A DNA stretch of 64,000 bases from the human T2T-CHM13v2.0 reference genome, Homo sapiens: assembly GCF_009914755.1 (NCBI RefSeq), contig NC_060937.1. One strand, written 5' to 3'. This document shows positions 13,301-26,031 of this stretch, in pieces. Under the pieces are notes generated by a model. That model did not search any database and was not told the DNA's origin. It saw nothing but the letters and a program-made list of their open reading frames with translations. The translations under genes and the position numbers were made by a program. The number at the start of each line of letters is the position of its first letter. The stretch's first letter is position 1.

Positions 13301-14680
13301 CCAATAGTTGGACATTCCTGTACCTGGATATTTATATTTCTCTGGGTTTGGATACATCTATTCTTTTTTAAAAAATAAGATTTCTACCCCCTTTATCTTC
13401 CTCCGCCCACTCTTGAATGCCAATCACTTGAAATTTTTTTCTTCTGATGCTGTCCCATTAATTCTGTCAGCTTTCTTCATTTCTTTTCATTATTTTTTCT
13501 CCCCTGACTCTATGAGTTTAAATAACTTGTCTTTGAGTTTAAAATTCTTTCTTCTACTTTATCAATTCTGCTGATAATATGTATTGCAGTTTTCATTCCA
13601 AGTATTGTATTTGCAGTTTTCATTCCAATTATTTTATTTTTCATCTCTAAGATTTCTGTTTGATTTTTATATAAATAAATAGCTCTGTTAAATTTCTAGT
13701 TCGGATAACATTGTTTTTCTCATTTTGTTTATTGTTTCTTTGTAGTTCTTGAATATTGGTGAGCTTCCTTAAAAAAATCATTATTTTGAATTTATTATCA
13801 GGCAGTATATACATCTTCATCTCTTTAGGATCAGTTACTGATACTTTATTTTGTCCATTTGGTAGTGTCATTTTCCCCTAATTATTAATGATCCTTTTGT
13901 TCATGTGTTGATGCCCTACACATTGAAAAAACATTTTTTCCAGTATTTGCAGTATGGATTTGTCTGAAAATGCCTTTCAACAGTAAGCTTGTCCAGAGAT
14001 TCTGGGCAGGTTGTTTGGTGTGGTCCCTAAGCCTATGACTCCTGTAGACTTTTCAGTGGTAGGTAATGCCCTTCCCTCAGAACCACCATGGTTGGTGCAG
14101 TGTGATGCTGGAATTCCATGGCTGCTGAGGCTTTCACATTGCCAGGGTATATCTGCAGCCCATGGCTGCTAAAGCCTGCCAGTTGCTGAGGTTTGTACAG
14201 AACCTATGGTGACTGCACTTGGCTGGTGATGATGCAGGCCAAAGATTTTGCAGGGACTATGCATTCCCTCCTAGCACTGAGACAGGCCAGGAGGCTAAAT
14301 TAATGGACACCAGCCTGAATTCAGAGTCCATAGGTGTCTGCCTGGTGCTAGGTTTTACTGTGGTGGGCCCAGTGTTAAGGACCAAGGCAAAATCCTGTGC
14401 TCACTTCCCATCTTTCCTCAAGCTTATGATATATTTCTTTGCATTGCACTTCCTGGGTTGGTGGAGGAATTAAACAGGTAATGTAACACTGTCATTCTTT
14501 CCCTTTTCAGTTTATTTTTTCCTGTCATTATGCAACAACGAGGCACTGTAATCTCCCAGCTGGTTTCCTTACCTCTTGTCAGGTAGTTTTGTGCATGTAT
14601 AGTTGTTCAAATTGATGTTTCGGTTGGGAGAATGGCAATCACTGGAAGTTCCTATTCTACCATCTAACTCGACTCAATCC
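10326..14680 (-). mobile_element. Old L1M/L1MA element with 3' end, ORF2/ORF1 remnants and 5' region; internally deleted and split by MER11
   Basis: 3' end TTTTAATTGACACATAATTGT at ~10340; antisense ORF2-type text 10480-12310; ORF track 13647-13871 gives DPKEMKMYILPDNKFKIMIFLRKLTNIQE, like the N-terminus of L1 ORF1p; may be more than one element. Confidence 0.75.
12314..13306 (+). mobile_element. MER11 (HERV-K HML-8) solo LTR, MER11B/C-like
   Basis: Starts TGTTGAGGGAAGTCAGGGACCCCAAACAGAGGGACCGGCTGAAGC, AATAAA at 13116-13121, ends GGCTCCCCCAATA; 6-bp TSD TTTGGA/GTTGGA at 12308-12313 and 13307-13312. Confidence 0.92.
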
Positions 14681-14914
14681 TAAACAGATCATTTCTAGGT
14701 TGTATATATTGAAATGTATTTATTTGATATTATGAAACATAGACTATACCAGGTTATTGAGTCAGCTGATATTATGTGAATATCCAAATTCATTAAGATA
14801 CAAGTCTCAGAGAAAAAAAATTTAATTTATATACACAATGAATCAGTTCATATTTAAATTCAGAGAGATTCAAAGCAAGCGTATGGTAAATCATTTTTCA
14901 AAATAATAAGACTA

Positions 14915-15065
14915 TTTTTTTTTGAGATGAGGTCTTATGTTGCCTAGGCTGGAATGCAATAGCTATTGGAAGGTTCAACAATAGTGCACTGCAACCCTGA
15001 ACTCCTTGTTTCAAGCAATTCTCCAGCTTCAGCCTTCCAAGTAGCTGGAACTATGGGTTCCCAGC
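14915..15065 (-). mobile_element. FAM (fossil Alu monomer)
   Basis: Monomer with the FAM/7SL-type GCAATAGCTATT...ATAGTGCACTGCA segment; TSD TAAGACTA at 14907-14914 and 15066-15073. Confidence 0.8.
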
Positions 15066-15739
15066 TAAGACTACTTAAATTTTTTGTGTATATATTTGTG
15101 TAGGTATTTACAAATATATATATGAATTTTATAAAATGACATATATTTTATATATAATCTATATACCTGAGTGAAGAAAGCCATGATAAATACATATCAA
15201 AGTGGAAAATAAACGTACAACTTTGACAACGCAACATTCAAACAAGAGCAAGCTGTATTTAACTAATAGTTATATTGAAAGATAAAGTCAGAGCCAAATA
15301 AAAGACAATATTTAACTGCAAGGATGTGAAGTATATAAGAATAAGGGATATAAGAATGAGGTCAGATTAAGATAAAGATGATTCCACTAGGGCCAATAGA
15401 AATTTCATTCAAGATTTAAAATGTACCCAATACAGCCAAATATTTTATACCTGTAACCACTACTCCACCCTATTTTCCTATAGATGTTCAAAAGGAATTC
15501 CAAAGAGTGAAAGAAGAAATTATCTTGCCACAGTAAGTAGAGAGGAATGAGTAGTCATCTTTACAAAAAGTGCAACATTTGGTAGAGAGGGGAGATATTG
15601 CTAAAGCTGACTACAGAGTAGAAGTCATGTGGAAGACAGTCAGCACACGCAGTTTATATTTCCAATGATTCTTTGACAAGGGTTGCCTATACCTCAAGTT
15701 TTTTTAATAGTATACCTTCACAACTTAATCTATCTGTAG

Positions 15740-16046
15740 TTTTTTGTTTTTTTGTTTTTTTGAGACGGAGTCCTGATCTGTCATCCAGCAGGCTGGAGTG
15801 CAGTGGCACAATCTCAGCTCACTGCAACCTCCGCCTCCTGGATTCAAGCAATTCTTCTGTCTCAGCTTCCCAAGTAGCTGGGATTACAGGCGCCCACCAC
15901 AACACTCGACTAATTGTTGTATTTTTAGTAGAAATGGGGTTTTGTCATGTTGGCCAGGCTCTTTTGAAACTCCTGATCTTGGGTGATCCACTTGCCTTGG
16001 CCACCCAAAGTGCTGGTATTTCAGGTGTGAGCCACCGCGCCAGGCC
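15740..16046 (-). mobile_element. AluS
   Basis: Full dimer; flanking repeat ACTTAATCT at 15723-15731 and 16048-16056. Confidence 0.93.
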
Positions 16047-16909
16047 TACTTAATCTCTTCAAAAGTTAAAATTGGGCAATTATATGTGGGGCCTTCCATA
16101 TTGTATTTCTTAAGAGGTGGAATATGGACAAGATTTATATATTGATAAAAATATAATGATTGATCACACACAAACACATACATTTCCATGTATGCACTGA
16201 AAAAAAAAAAACCGAAAACTTTAATTCTCATTCTGTCTTTATTTTAGAGAAAATTTTCTTTGAGTTAAACAAAGTTCAATTAAAAGATGTGGCCCAGGCA
16301 ATGAAGAGCTTGTGACTTAGACAGGAGTCAACTTCAATTCCTTTGGGTTAGAGTCATTAACATTTGCGTGTAAAACTTTCTATATAGATTATATGAGGTG
16401 TTTCAGTTCCAGACCTCAAAACAAGCATAGATCATTAAGTTACACCTCTATCAAGGTAAAGGTTAAATAGTTTGAGGAAAATGACAGGAATTCTCAGAGC
16501 ATAATGTAATTTTAGAATTTAGCTTTAAATTGTCTGGTTTCTAAGACAAAAAAGAACAAAAGTAAAGAAAAAAGTTATTTTCCATCCTCTAAAGCAGATC
16601 TATGGAATAGAGTTTGAAGTCATGGGCAGGGCTCTTCAGCGTTATACAAATTAAGTAATTTTTGACCAAGCAAAGAAGTGATCACCAAGGCCAAAACATG
16701 CTTCTACAACTTTGCGCCATTATTAGATGCACACTGATTAAGAAAACCCTGAGTTATTGGTATTTTTCATATATATAATTAATTATCAGAACTCTGAAAT
16801 AGCGCTAAAAATACAACAAAAGAAAAAATACATCATATCGATTTTTTGAGAAATTCATAGAAAAAAATTCAAAACCATTATCATCATACAATTTAAGAAA
16901 TAAATTTTT

Positions 16910-17281
16910 TCTGTCTCTGTCTCTCTGTCAGTCTCTTTGTCCATCTGTCTCTTTCTCTGTCTCTTTCTCTTTCGCTCTCTCTCTGTGTCTTTGTCTCTCT
17001 CTGTCTGTCTCTGCCTCTGTCTGTCTCTCTTTCTCTCTCTCTCTGTATCTTTCTCTCTCTCTTTTCTCTCTCTGTCTCGCTCTCTCCCTCCCTCTCTTTT
17101 TTCTAAAATGAGCTCTGGCAGATCTAATAGAATCCATTACCAAGGCCTGAATTCTTAACTTTAGAAATCAAAGATTTGATCTCCATACAGAATCCTGTAC
17201 AAAACTGGTGAGTTGATTTCTGGGCTTGGATACCTCATAGATATTACATATTAATAAAGATCCAACCCTGAAAAAAGATAA
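16910..17281 (+). pseudogene. Putative retrocopy of a pyrimidine-rich rDNA intergenic-spacer-like transcript
   Basis: (TC/TG)-rich 16911-17100, unique 17100-17270, AATAAA at 17253-17258, A-rich 17271-17281, flanking direct repeat AAATAAATTTTT at 16898-16909 and 17282-17293; unique part resembles recalled human rDNA IGS sequence. Confidence 0.7.
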
Positions 17282-18524
17282 AAATAAATTTTTAACTTTT
17301 CTATCTGGACCCCAAATAGATAAACACATGCTAATGTCTTATACTTTGGAGTATTCTTAATGTGTGAGAACTCATTCACACCAGTTAATATTTTTGGAAT
17401 GTGCTACAAAATGGGACTACCTCATACTAAAAGTTGCTTTCTCATGAATAGAGATGTCTAATACGAGATAAATGGTTGAGGTTAATTTTTGTTTTGCATG
17501 TGATGTTCTTCATGGTTATTCACAGCAATCAGCTCTAAGCCAGTATTTCACAGTCTGGTTTACAAAGTAATTTAATTGCTGTCTGTAAAGCATAATTTGT
17601 TAGGAATACTAAAGGATAGTAGATTGGGAATAATTTACTTTCAAATGTTGTACTTCAAGTTGGAGCAGATTTGTAGGTACCTAGCACTGAGGTCATGTTT
17701 ACTTTCACTCAGATATGTTTAGTGTTTAGCTGTGGGAGAAAGAAAGAGGTGGAGCTGGAGTTGTCTTACAAAGGATTGTGCAGTTTGAGTGCCTACACTG
17801 GCAGAAATGGACCAAGACTAGGTGTCTATACTATGAATATAGAACCAGAGAAAGAATATCCCTTGAAATAGTGCACTATCTTTGTTAGCTTCTTACTTTT
17901 TTTAATCTAAAAACATGATATGTATTATTATTTAAAAGTTTGTAAATAAGTTTTACACTAGGGGGATCTCTTATATAGTCTATTTATGAAGCCAAATTTA
18001 AACATGAAAAATTATTTTAAATTATTCCAAAGAGATATTTAATAAAAAAGCTGATAAAAGCATGGGGAGGTGTTTGGTGATCTATATACATGAATACGTA
18101 TATACATGAGTGAAGAAAGCCATAAGCCAGATACAAGTAGCTGCAGCTCTGAGTGTGGATACTGGAGATTTTGACAAGAGTAGACAGCAGTAGTCAGTCT
18201 ACCAGCTCTAGAAGAGTCAGAGATGACGATAGACTCACCAAGCCATGGTGCTGCCAAGGTAGAAGAGGCTGTTCCTTGGAAAGGGTAGTGGCTAAGAGCT
18301 TTCTGGAACCTTAGGCACACAAATATAAGATACATCCAATCATTCCCAAACATAGCTAAAGTATTAGAAGAAAAAATAACATAATACAAGATCCCACTTG
18401 AGACCTATCAAAACACTATCCTCACAAGTATTTTTAATTTCAAGTTTATAGACATTAATACTTATAGTGTAGATAGCACAGCAGTAGTCTACAAATCTGA
18501 GTTTGGGAAATATTTTATATTTCA

Positions 18525-18615
18525 GAGAGAAGAATAAGAATAAGGAGGTGGAAGGGGAGGAGAGGAAAAAAATGTAGAGTTGGGAAGGGAAAGGGGAAAG
18601 GGAAGGAGGAGAGGG
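18525..18615. repeat. GA-rich low-complexity tract
   Basis: Read directly. Confidence 0.7.
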
Positions 18616-21600
18616 ATCAGAGTACTAAAAATAGCTTCAGTCAGTCAAATCTACTAACATTCTAACTTCTGTGTGTTTGGAAAGTTCGGTTATTGGGATG
18701 AATCAGTCATTAGTGGTGTTGTATGGCTTGAAGTTGACTGTATAAAACAGCAAGCTCAAGTACAAATTGATATTTTAGTTTTCTTAATAATATTTCTCAC
18801 AACTGATATCAGCTACTGTAACATGGTGTTAGAGTACCCCATAGTGGTTTCATTCAAAAAGTTTTTTGAAAATCTAACGTCGTTGTCACTTGAAGGTATA
18901 GTAGGGTTCTACATTCAAAAGAAGTGCAAAAATACTGCTTTAGAGCAAGTTAAGCTATATAATTAATAAATTGATAAATATATAATGTTTAAAATCTCCT
19001 TACATTAACTGACTTCTAGGTCTGATACAGCGTCTAAAAATATAATCGCAGTAGAAATCTACGTGAAGAAAGTTTGCGTCAATCTGAAGAGGATATCACA
19101 GAGAAAGCAGTCAAGGAAAAGAAGTTACTGAAACACACAATGACAGTGACTTCCCGGCACTGTGCTGGGGAGATGGTCTCACAAAAAAGAGCAAAGGGAA
19201 GGTTTTATCTGGAGAATGTAGATGTGTTATATTTAAGGCAAAATCTCAGCCTAATTCTTCTAAACAAATCCCACCATTGGAATTGCTTGATCACTAAGCA
19301 ATATCCTGGCGATTTACTTTTCATTCCATGTCGCATTCAAGAACAAATATGAGTCAAGTCAATCTTAATGGTGCCTGATTTAATGTTTATTCAGGTATTT
19401 TTCACTTAAGATTAGTAACTGGGGACTCTGGTTTATATACATTTCTGTTAGTTTATGCCAGCTGGAGACTAAAATTGATACACACCTTAATAGCAGTGTA
19501 CCTACAGATCCCTTCAAACTTCTAAAAGTACATGGTAGGTACTTTTCAGGAAAGAGTTATGTTGAACAGCTTGACAGTAAAAAGGTTCCCGTAACTTTTT
19601 TCTAACAATACACACTAGAGTGTGGAATTCAGGATAGAATAATTCTATTGAACTCTGCTCAATATGCCTTTTTTCCTGAAGTAATAAAAGAACATCTGTA
19701 GCAGTCAATCTTGTCTATGGAGCAATTTCACCAAAGAGATATTAAGAAAATCCTTTTTCCTCTTCCCTCTTTCTTCCAGAAACATTTATTGAAACCATGT
19801 AAATATTCCAGGCAATACAAGAAGAGCTGAAACTGCAGAGACTCATAAGGCTTAGTTCTATGTCTACTTCGTCTAGTACAGTGGGCAGACTTGAAAAGTA
19901 AAAATAGTAACACCTTGTGAAAATGTATATAAGGCTGACAAATCAATTCTTCCGTGGAAAAGATGAGGATTGAGCAAGCTCTAGAGTCAAGCAAGGTCCC
20001 AGTTTACCAGTCTAAATGCTCTCAGCCAAAAAAAAGACATATTTTAGTACAAATCTTGTATTTGATTTATTGGTATCTGTATGTGGTTTTTGTATATTTA
20101 TGACTTCTATTATTTGTTGACATCCTGTGGAAATATAGCTGTCCATTAAATGTGTAGATGTTCCCCCTATGGCAATAGTTGATAAAATCAAAGGCATAAA
20201 AAATGAAAAGAATTGAACTAAATTTATAACTCATATGATTAGCCAGGTTTTCCAGAAATTTAAATTTATACTTATTTATATAAGCCTAAGCATATATAAC
20301 AAAGCTTTTGAGGTAATCCAGTTCTCATGAAGCCTGATTTCCTAAACTACTATAATGTCAATAAATTTAAGGATGAGATGGTTTACTTCCTTTCTCTTCA
20401 GGGAAATATACTCTATGCTAGTGAATAGGGTATGAAGAATATGACAAAGGGAATTCTACTCCTATAAAGCTGTGTAAATTCTGAATCTAATGAGAAAGTT
20501 TTACTTATACATAAAACAATATTTTTAACAGCTTAGAAAGTTGGCTGGAAAGAATGACACAATTTTAGATTTCAATCTATAATTTCAAAGCATTTTCCTG
20601 ATGAACTCTAAAGAGAATGCAAGAGTGTACCAGCTACCAGAAAGCAAATATGAAAGAAACCCCATGCTGACAAAGCAATCTTTTATCCTTGGTATTTTAT
20701 CTATGTCCTAGAGGAGATTCAACAGGTGAAATGTCACTGTGGATCAGATGTCTTCCTTTTAGAGCTCATTTTATTACATCTTAATGTATAATATAAATTA
20801 ATATCATTAAAATTAATAAAGATAACAAACAGGTAAATCAGATAGTGCAAAACAAACAAACAAAGAAAAGCCCGTTAACTCTATGCTGATTTTCACATTC
20901 AGGGAGATTATGCAAAAGATCAAAGGGATTTAATGAGAAAAATGTTAAACTTAAAATATACAAGGTATGCATCATCTTACTTTGTACATATTTGCATTTA
21001 ATTTTCATGGAGAAGGACTGATTTATATCTCTACTCAGACACTGACTCTGGTTAAAAATATCATCTTTATTAAGTCTCAACCAGCCATCAAACAAACAAG
21101 TACATTTTAAAATAGTATTCCCACCCTACAGGGTTCCAGTAAAGGAAATAATAAAGTGAAATATGAAAAAAAAATGTTCTTTGAGAGGAAGAGACCTAAT
21201 TAAGAGGAGGCCCTAACAACTCCATGGATTAATTGGGATGCAACTGAGATAATTGGACCTATGGGAGTTTGATTACACCCATCATAAACTGCTTTTTTCA
21301 CAAGTATAGGTTAAATGCTTGATGCTTAAATTGGGTATAGCACTACAATGAAAGCAGGGTTCATATAGAAAAATTAATATTTGGGAAAGCGATATCCTGA
21401 AGTTTTCCGGCATCGTAGTAGCAACATGGTTTTTTTTTTTTCAGATATGCAATTTTCTAGGTTTTTCGGAGCCACTTTCATAACAGTGTGGTTACAATTC
21501 TATCAACCGAAATATGCTTATGCTATTAAAAGTTGACATGTAGACCACATGTAGCTGCTTTGCAATTAGAAATCCAACAAGACCACATCTTTCTGCAATG

Positions 21601-22164
21601 GAAGTTAAAATGGGCTGCTGTTTTTAAAAATGATGTCCTTAAATGTTCATTGCAACAAACACTGGCTTTCAATTACATGATTTTCCAGGAAATAGAACCA
21701 CAGAATTGTAGAGCCTAAGGGAACCTCATTGATCATTTATCTGGCCAAATCTCATATTTTTACAGTTGTGGGATCTGACGTGAAGACAAAAGGTTGAAAG
21801 TTCTAGGTAAAAGCTAGGTTTTTATTAGGGGCTGGGAGATGTAGGGGCTCAGCAGGGGCAAGGCAGGAGGGGATAATTTCTTTTTGAAAATAAGTGACTG
21901 AAAAAGGAGCATCCATTTGCATACATCTCAAAATCTTGTGCTTCTGCAATACTTTAAAAACAAATCTCTATTGAGGGAGGTATGGAAGTGGAAAATTGAG
22001 AGTCACTTTATTTACACTGGGAAATAGGGTTGCATGCATATTTTAATAGTGAAGAGATATTCCTTTCATTAGGATAAAGGCAGAAACAATATTAAATTAT
22101 TACTATAGATAGAAAAGATACTACTTATGTAATTTAAGTAGGCAAATAGATCAGCTTAAAGAAT

Positions 22165-22315
22165 AGGGAGGAGGGTGAGGGATAAAAGACTACACACTGG
22201 GTACAGTGTACACTACTCTGGTGACAGGTGCACCTAAATCTCATAAATTACCACTAAAGAACTTATCCATGTAACCCAAAACCACCAGTTCCCCAAAAAC
22301 TGCTAAAATAAAAAA
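22165..22315 (+). mobile_element. L1PB2/3-like 3' end
   Basis: GGGTGAGGGATAAAAGACTACACACTGGGTACAGTGTACAC...ACCACTAAAGAACTTATCCATGTAACC...TTCCCCAAAAAC plus A tail. Confidence 0.88.
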
Positions 22316-22419
22316 CAGGATAGGTTTACTAGCAGCCTCTAGCATCTGTAGGTTTTAGTAGTATGCCCAAAAGTCTTAGATGAAGCCACCCTTATCTCTT
22401 AAGGGGACAGATCTATAAA

Positions 22420-22740
22420 AACATGCTGGATATTTCCTTTTCTCCACCTGCTTCATGCCTAGTAGGCTAACCTTTTTAGACAGTTTCAATAGGGGCCTCC
22501 TGCCCTCCAACTTTTTTGGAGGGTCCAGCTAATGGGTCATCAACAAGTGATCAGTGGTGGGCAGAAATACAAGTGTGAGTAATTAAACCCAGGGATAAGT
22601 CATCAATGGACTGTTCTTGAAGTCAATCTGTCCCTCCAACAAAGGCTATAGCTCCTGCCAGACAGCCTCTTCTACTCATATAGCAATAGCTCTTTTTCCT
22701 GTTCTGGCAAACTCTTCCTTCTTTGTCCTTTTGAGCTAAA
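22420..22740. mobile_element. LTR33-like ERVL LTR fragment
   Basis: CTCCACCTGCTTCATGCCTAGTAGGCTAACC...CCTGCCCTCC...CAGCTAATGGG...GATCAGTGGTGGG; degraded. Confidence 0.5.
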
Positions 22741-23010
22741 AATCCACATTTTTGTCTCTTCAAGACTATTCTGAACACTGAAGCGAGAGAAGCATTTCAA
22801 AAACACAAATATGGTCACTGATAACTCCTAAATTCTAACCTAAGCTAAAAATCACAGGAGATTCTGGCTGCTTCTCATCACTCCAGGTTCACCTGAGTTA
22901 ACTCCTACATACCTTTCAGGACTCAGCTTAAATGTCACATTTTGGTACATCTACTGTGTTCCAGTATGGCTATTATGTTCCACTATGTCTTCATAGCACT
23001 CATCTGAAAT

Positions 23011-23193
23011 TTATTTTTATTTACTTATTTTTTTAAGAGAAGAGGTCTTGCTAAGTTGCCCAGTCTTGAGTGCAGTGGCTATTCACAGATGCAATCATGA
23101 TGTACTACAGCCTGGAACCCCTGGCCTCAAGTGGTCATCCTAGCTCAGCCTCCTCAGTAGCTAGGACCATAGGTGTGCACCATTGCACTTGAC
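23011..23193 (-). mobile_element. FAM (fossil Alu monomer)
   Basis: GAGTGCAGTGGCTATTCACAGATGCAATCATGATGTACTACAGCC is the FAM-type segment; degenerate flanking repeat TCAT(C/T)TGAA. Confidence 0.85.
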
Positions 23194-23584
23194 TCATTTG
23201 AATCTTAATATAGTAATTTGTTTAATTAGCTTTAGATCTATAGGAGAATATGTTTCACTTTTCTTTTTCCTTTCCTCCATTCCTCCCTTCAGCCCCTCCT
23301 TCATTTCTTCCTTCCTTCTAATCTTAGATCGTTGTCATTTAGTCTTTATTTCCCTTCAGTCTGTTCTTTTCGTAAATAGTTTGCCATGGTTCCTGCCCTC
23401 CTGGATTTTACATTTGACAAGAGAGGCAGATATTAAACCATTAAGTACAATAGTAGTAATTCAATTACAATCATGATAAGTGCTAGGAGGACAAGTTTCC
23501 AAGTCATATGCCATCTTCCCTGAATGAACATCAAAGCCTAAAACAGAAACTGGCAGATAATAAATCGACCTGCGGTGAGGTAAG

Positions 23585-23845
23585 GAGGCAGTATAGAGTT
23601 TTGATAAAGAACATCAGTTGTGCAGTCAACTCGAACTAGGTTCAAATTTTGGACTCTTTAACTTTTGCTACCTATATACATTAGGCAAATTGATTTATCT
23701 CCTCAATTCTCAGTTTTCCAATTATAAATGAGACTTATAAAATTTTCCCCATGGAATTATCATCAATATTAAATGAGAAAAAGTTGCATAAATCACTGAA
23801 AAGAGACCCTGATAGACATGTTGTGCTAACATTATGGTAGTATTT
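23585..23845 (+). mobile_element. MIR
   Basis: GAGGCAGTATAG...AGGTTCAAATTTTGGACTC...TTAGGCAAATTGATTTATCTC...CTCAGTTTTCC...ATTAAATGAGA. Confidence 0.7.
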
Positions 23846-25127
23846 TTAGAAAAACAAAGACATCTTGGACTATGTGTTGATTTTTAGAAAAAAGAACAAC
23901 AACAAGCTCAAACGTAATACATTTCTTTTCTATTTTTAGCAGACTATCACAATTTAAATTAACCATAATTAAAATTTCACAAAAACATGGAACAATTGGG
24001 TCCTAAGCACAAGGCATAAGGTAGCCAACATTCTGGCATAAGGAATTTGGAAAAAATATTATATCAGCTTCAGAAATACAGCTTTATGTACAAGAAGCCA
24101 CCTGGCACATGCAATAAAACAACTTTATTAATACAGTATGTTTCATGCATAAATCTGATCAGATTTGCTCTAGCAATCATCCTGTGTGCCTCAAGACACC
24201 TGCAGTAGGAGAAGAAATCATGTTTCTATCAATTCTCAAAACTCCCATCTTTTGTGGCATCATTTGATGTTAATTTGCAATACAAAGTTAACTTACATCT
24301 CATTATCATGCCACAATTTGTTTACATGCAAGTGTTCAATTTCTAGCTCATTTTTTCCTCATTTATAAAATTATCTTTGGATTATTTTTCTGTTTAGTAA
24401 ATTGTAAGCAAATGAAAGCTGTGTGTTATTCTTTTATATTAGAGTCTATTATTGAAGGGTTTGCTGGAATTGTCTCTGAGAAAATTAACTTAATCAAACA
24501 TTATTTGTATTTTTATTTTCTATATTTTATACCACATAAACTCATACATAAATAACCCATAACATGGTATGAATCTTGGTTGAAATAATATTTCTAAGTG
24601 TCACAAAGGGGCTCAACATAAACATAACATTTTAATAAAATAAAAAATAAAACTATGAAAATATCACAGTAAATCTTACAAGTTAAAAATATTTTGATTG
24701 TTTATTCTCAAATATTAAATATATAATTTTTTAAGCAAAGCATTACAAAGCATACCAATGTCACTGGGCTATCAATATTTATATTTGGCATATTAAAGTC
24801 ATTTTAATTTCTCTATTATCTATATAGAGGTACACATTGTTTGGTGGAAAGTAAACCAGAAAAAAAAAAAGTCTCACAAGTATAGTTTCAGTCATTTAAA
24901 TTTCGTTGATTACAAAAGATACCAGCGACACTCTTAAGTTTAGCTTGATTAGACGTGAACCTGAATAAATTAAGCTAAATGTATAACTGGTGGAATTTTA
25001 CTTTTTATAATAATATGATGTATCCATTCAACTACGTGACCGATCCTAAGTCAGCCAGCCGGTGTGTCTTTCATGTATAACTGTTTCCATCACATCAAAG
25101 ACAAAAGAAAATGAAAATAACATGCTC

Positions 25128-25683
25128 AGGGCTTTCCAATAGAATTTCCTTCAACGGAAGAAATGTTCAATGGCTGGAAATGTTCTATATATATGTGCTC
25201 TCCAATACAGTAGCTCTTAGCCACATGTAGCTATTGAGCGTTTGAAAAGTGCCTGGTCTCATTAAGAATTGAACTTTAAAATTTAATTTAATTGGCCAGG
25301 CACGGTGGCTCACGCCTGTAATCCCAGTACTTTGGGAGGCCGGGGCGGGTGGATCGCGAGGTCAGGAGATAGAAACCATCCTGGCTAATACAGTGAAACC
25401 CTGTGTCCACTAAAAATACAAAAAAAAATTAGCCGGGCGTGGTGGCGGGCGCCTGTAGTCCCAGCTTCTCGGAGGTTGAGGCAGGAGAATGGCGTGAACC
25501 CGGGAGGCGGAGCTTGCAGTGAGCCGAGATTGCGCTACTGCACTCCAGCCTGGGCGACAGAGCCAGACACCGTCTCAAAAAAATAAATAAATAAAATAAA
25601 ATAAAAATAAAAATTAATTTAATTATAATAAACATAAATCTAAACAACCACATGTGACTAGTGGCTACTGTATTAGAAAGCAG
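25128..25683 (+). mobile_element. MER3 MITE interrupted by AluY
   Basis: TCCAATAGAATTT...GGAAATGTTCTATAT...TCCAATACAGTAGC..TAGCCACATGTAGCTATTGAGC [Alu] CCACATGTGACTAGTGGCTACTGTATT. Confidence 0.85.
25294..25609 (+). mobile_element. AluY
   Basis: GAGAATGGCGTGAACCCGGGAGGCGGAGCTTGCAGTGAG diagnostics, many intact CpGs; TSD ~AAAAT(T)TAATTTAATT at 25278-25293 and 25610-25624. Confidence 0.95.
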
Positions 25684-25695
25684 AAGATGGTCTGA

Positions 25696-26031
<336 letters not shown>

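Noticed and set aside
16928-17158. ER-rich and SL-rich ORFs
   Set aside because: Translations of the (TC)n tract.
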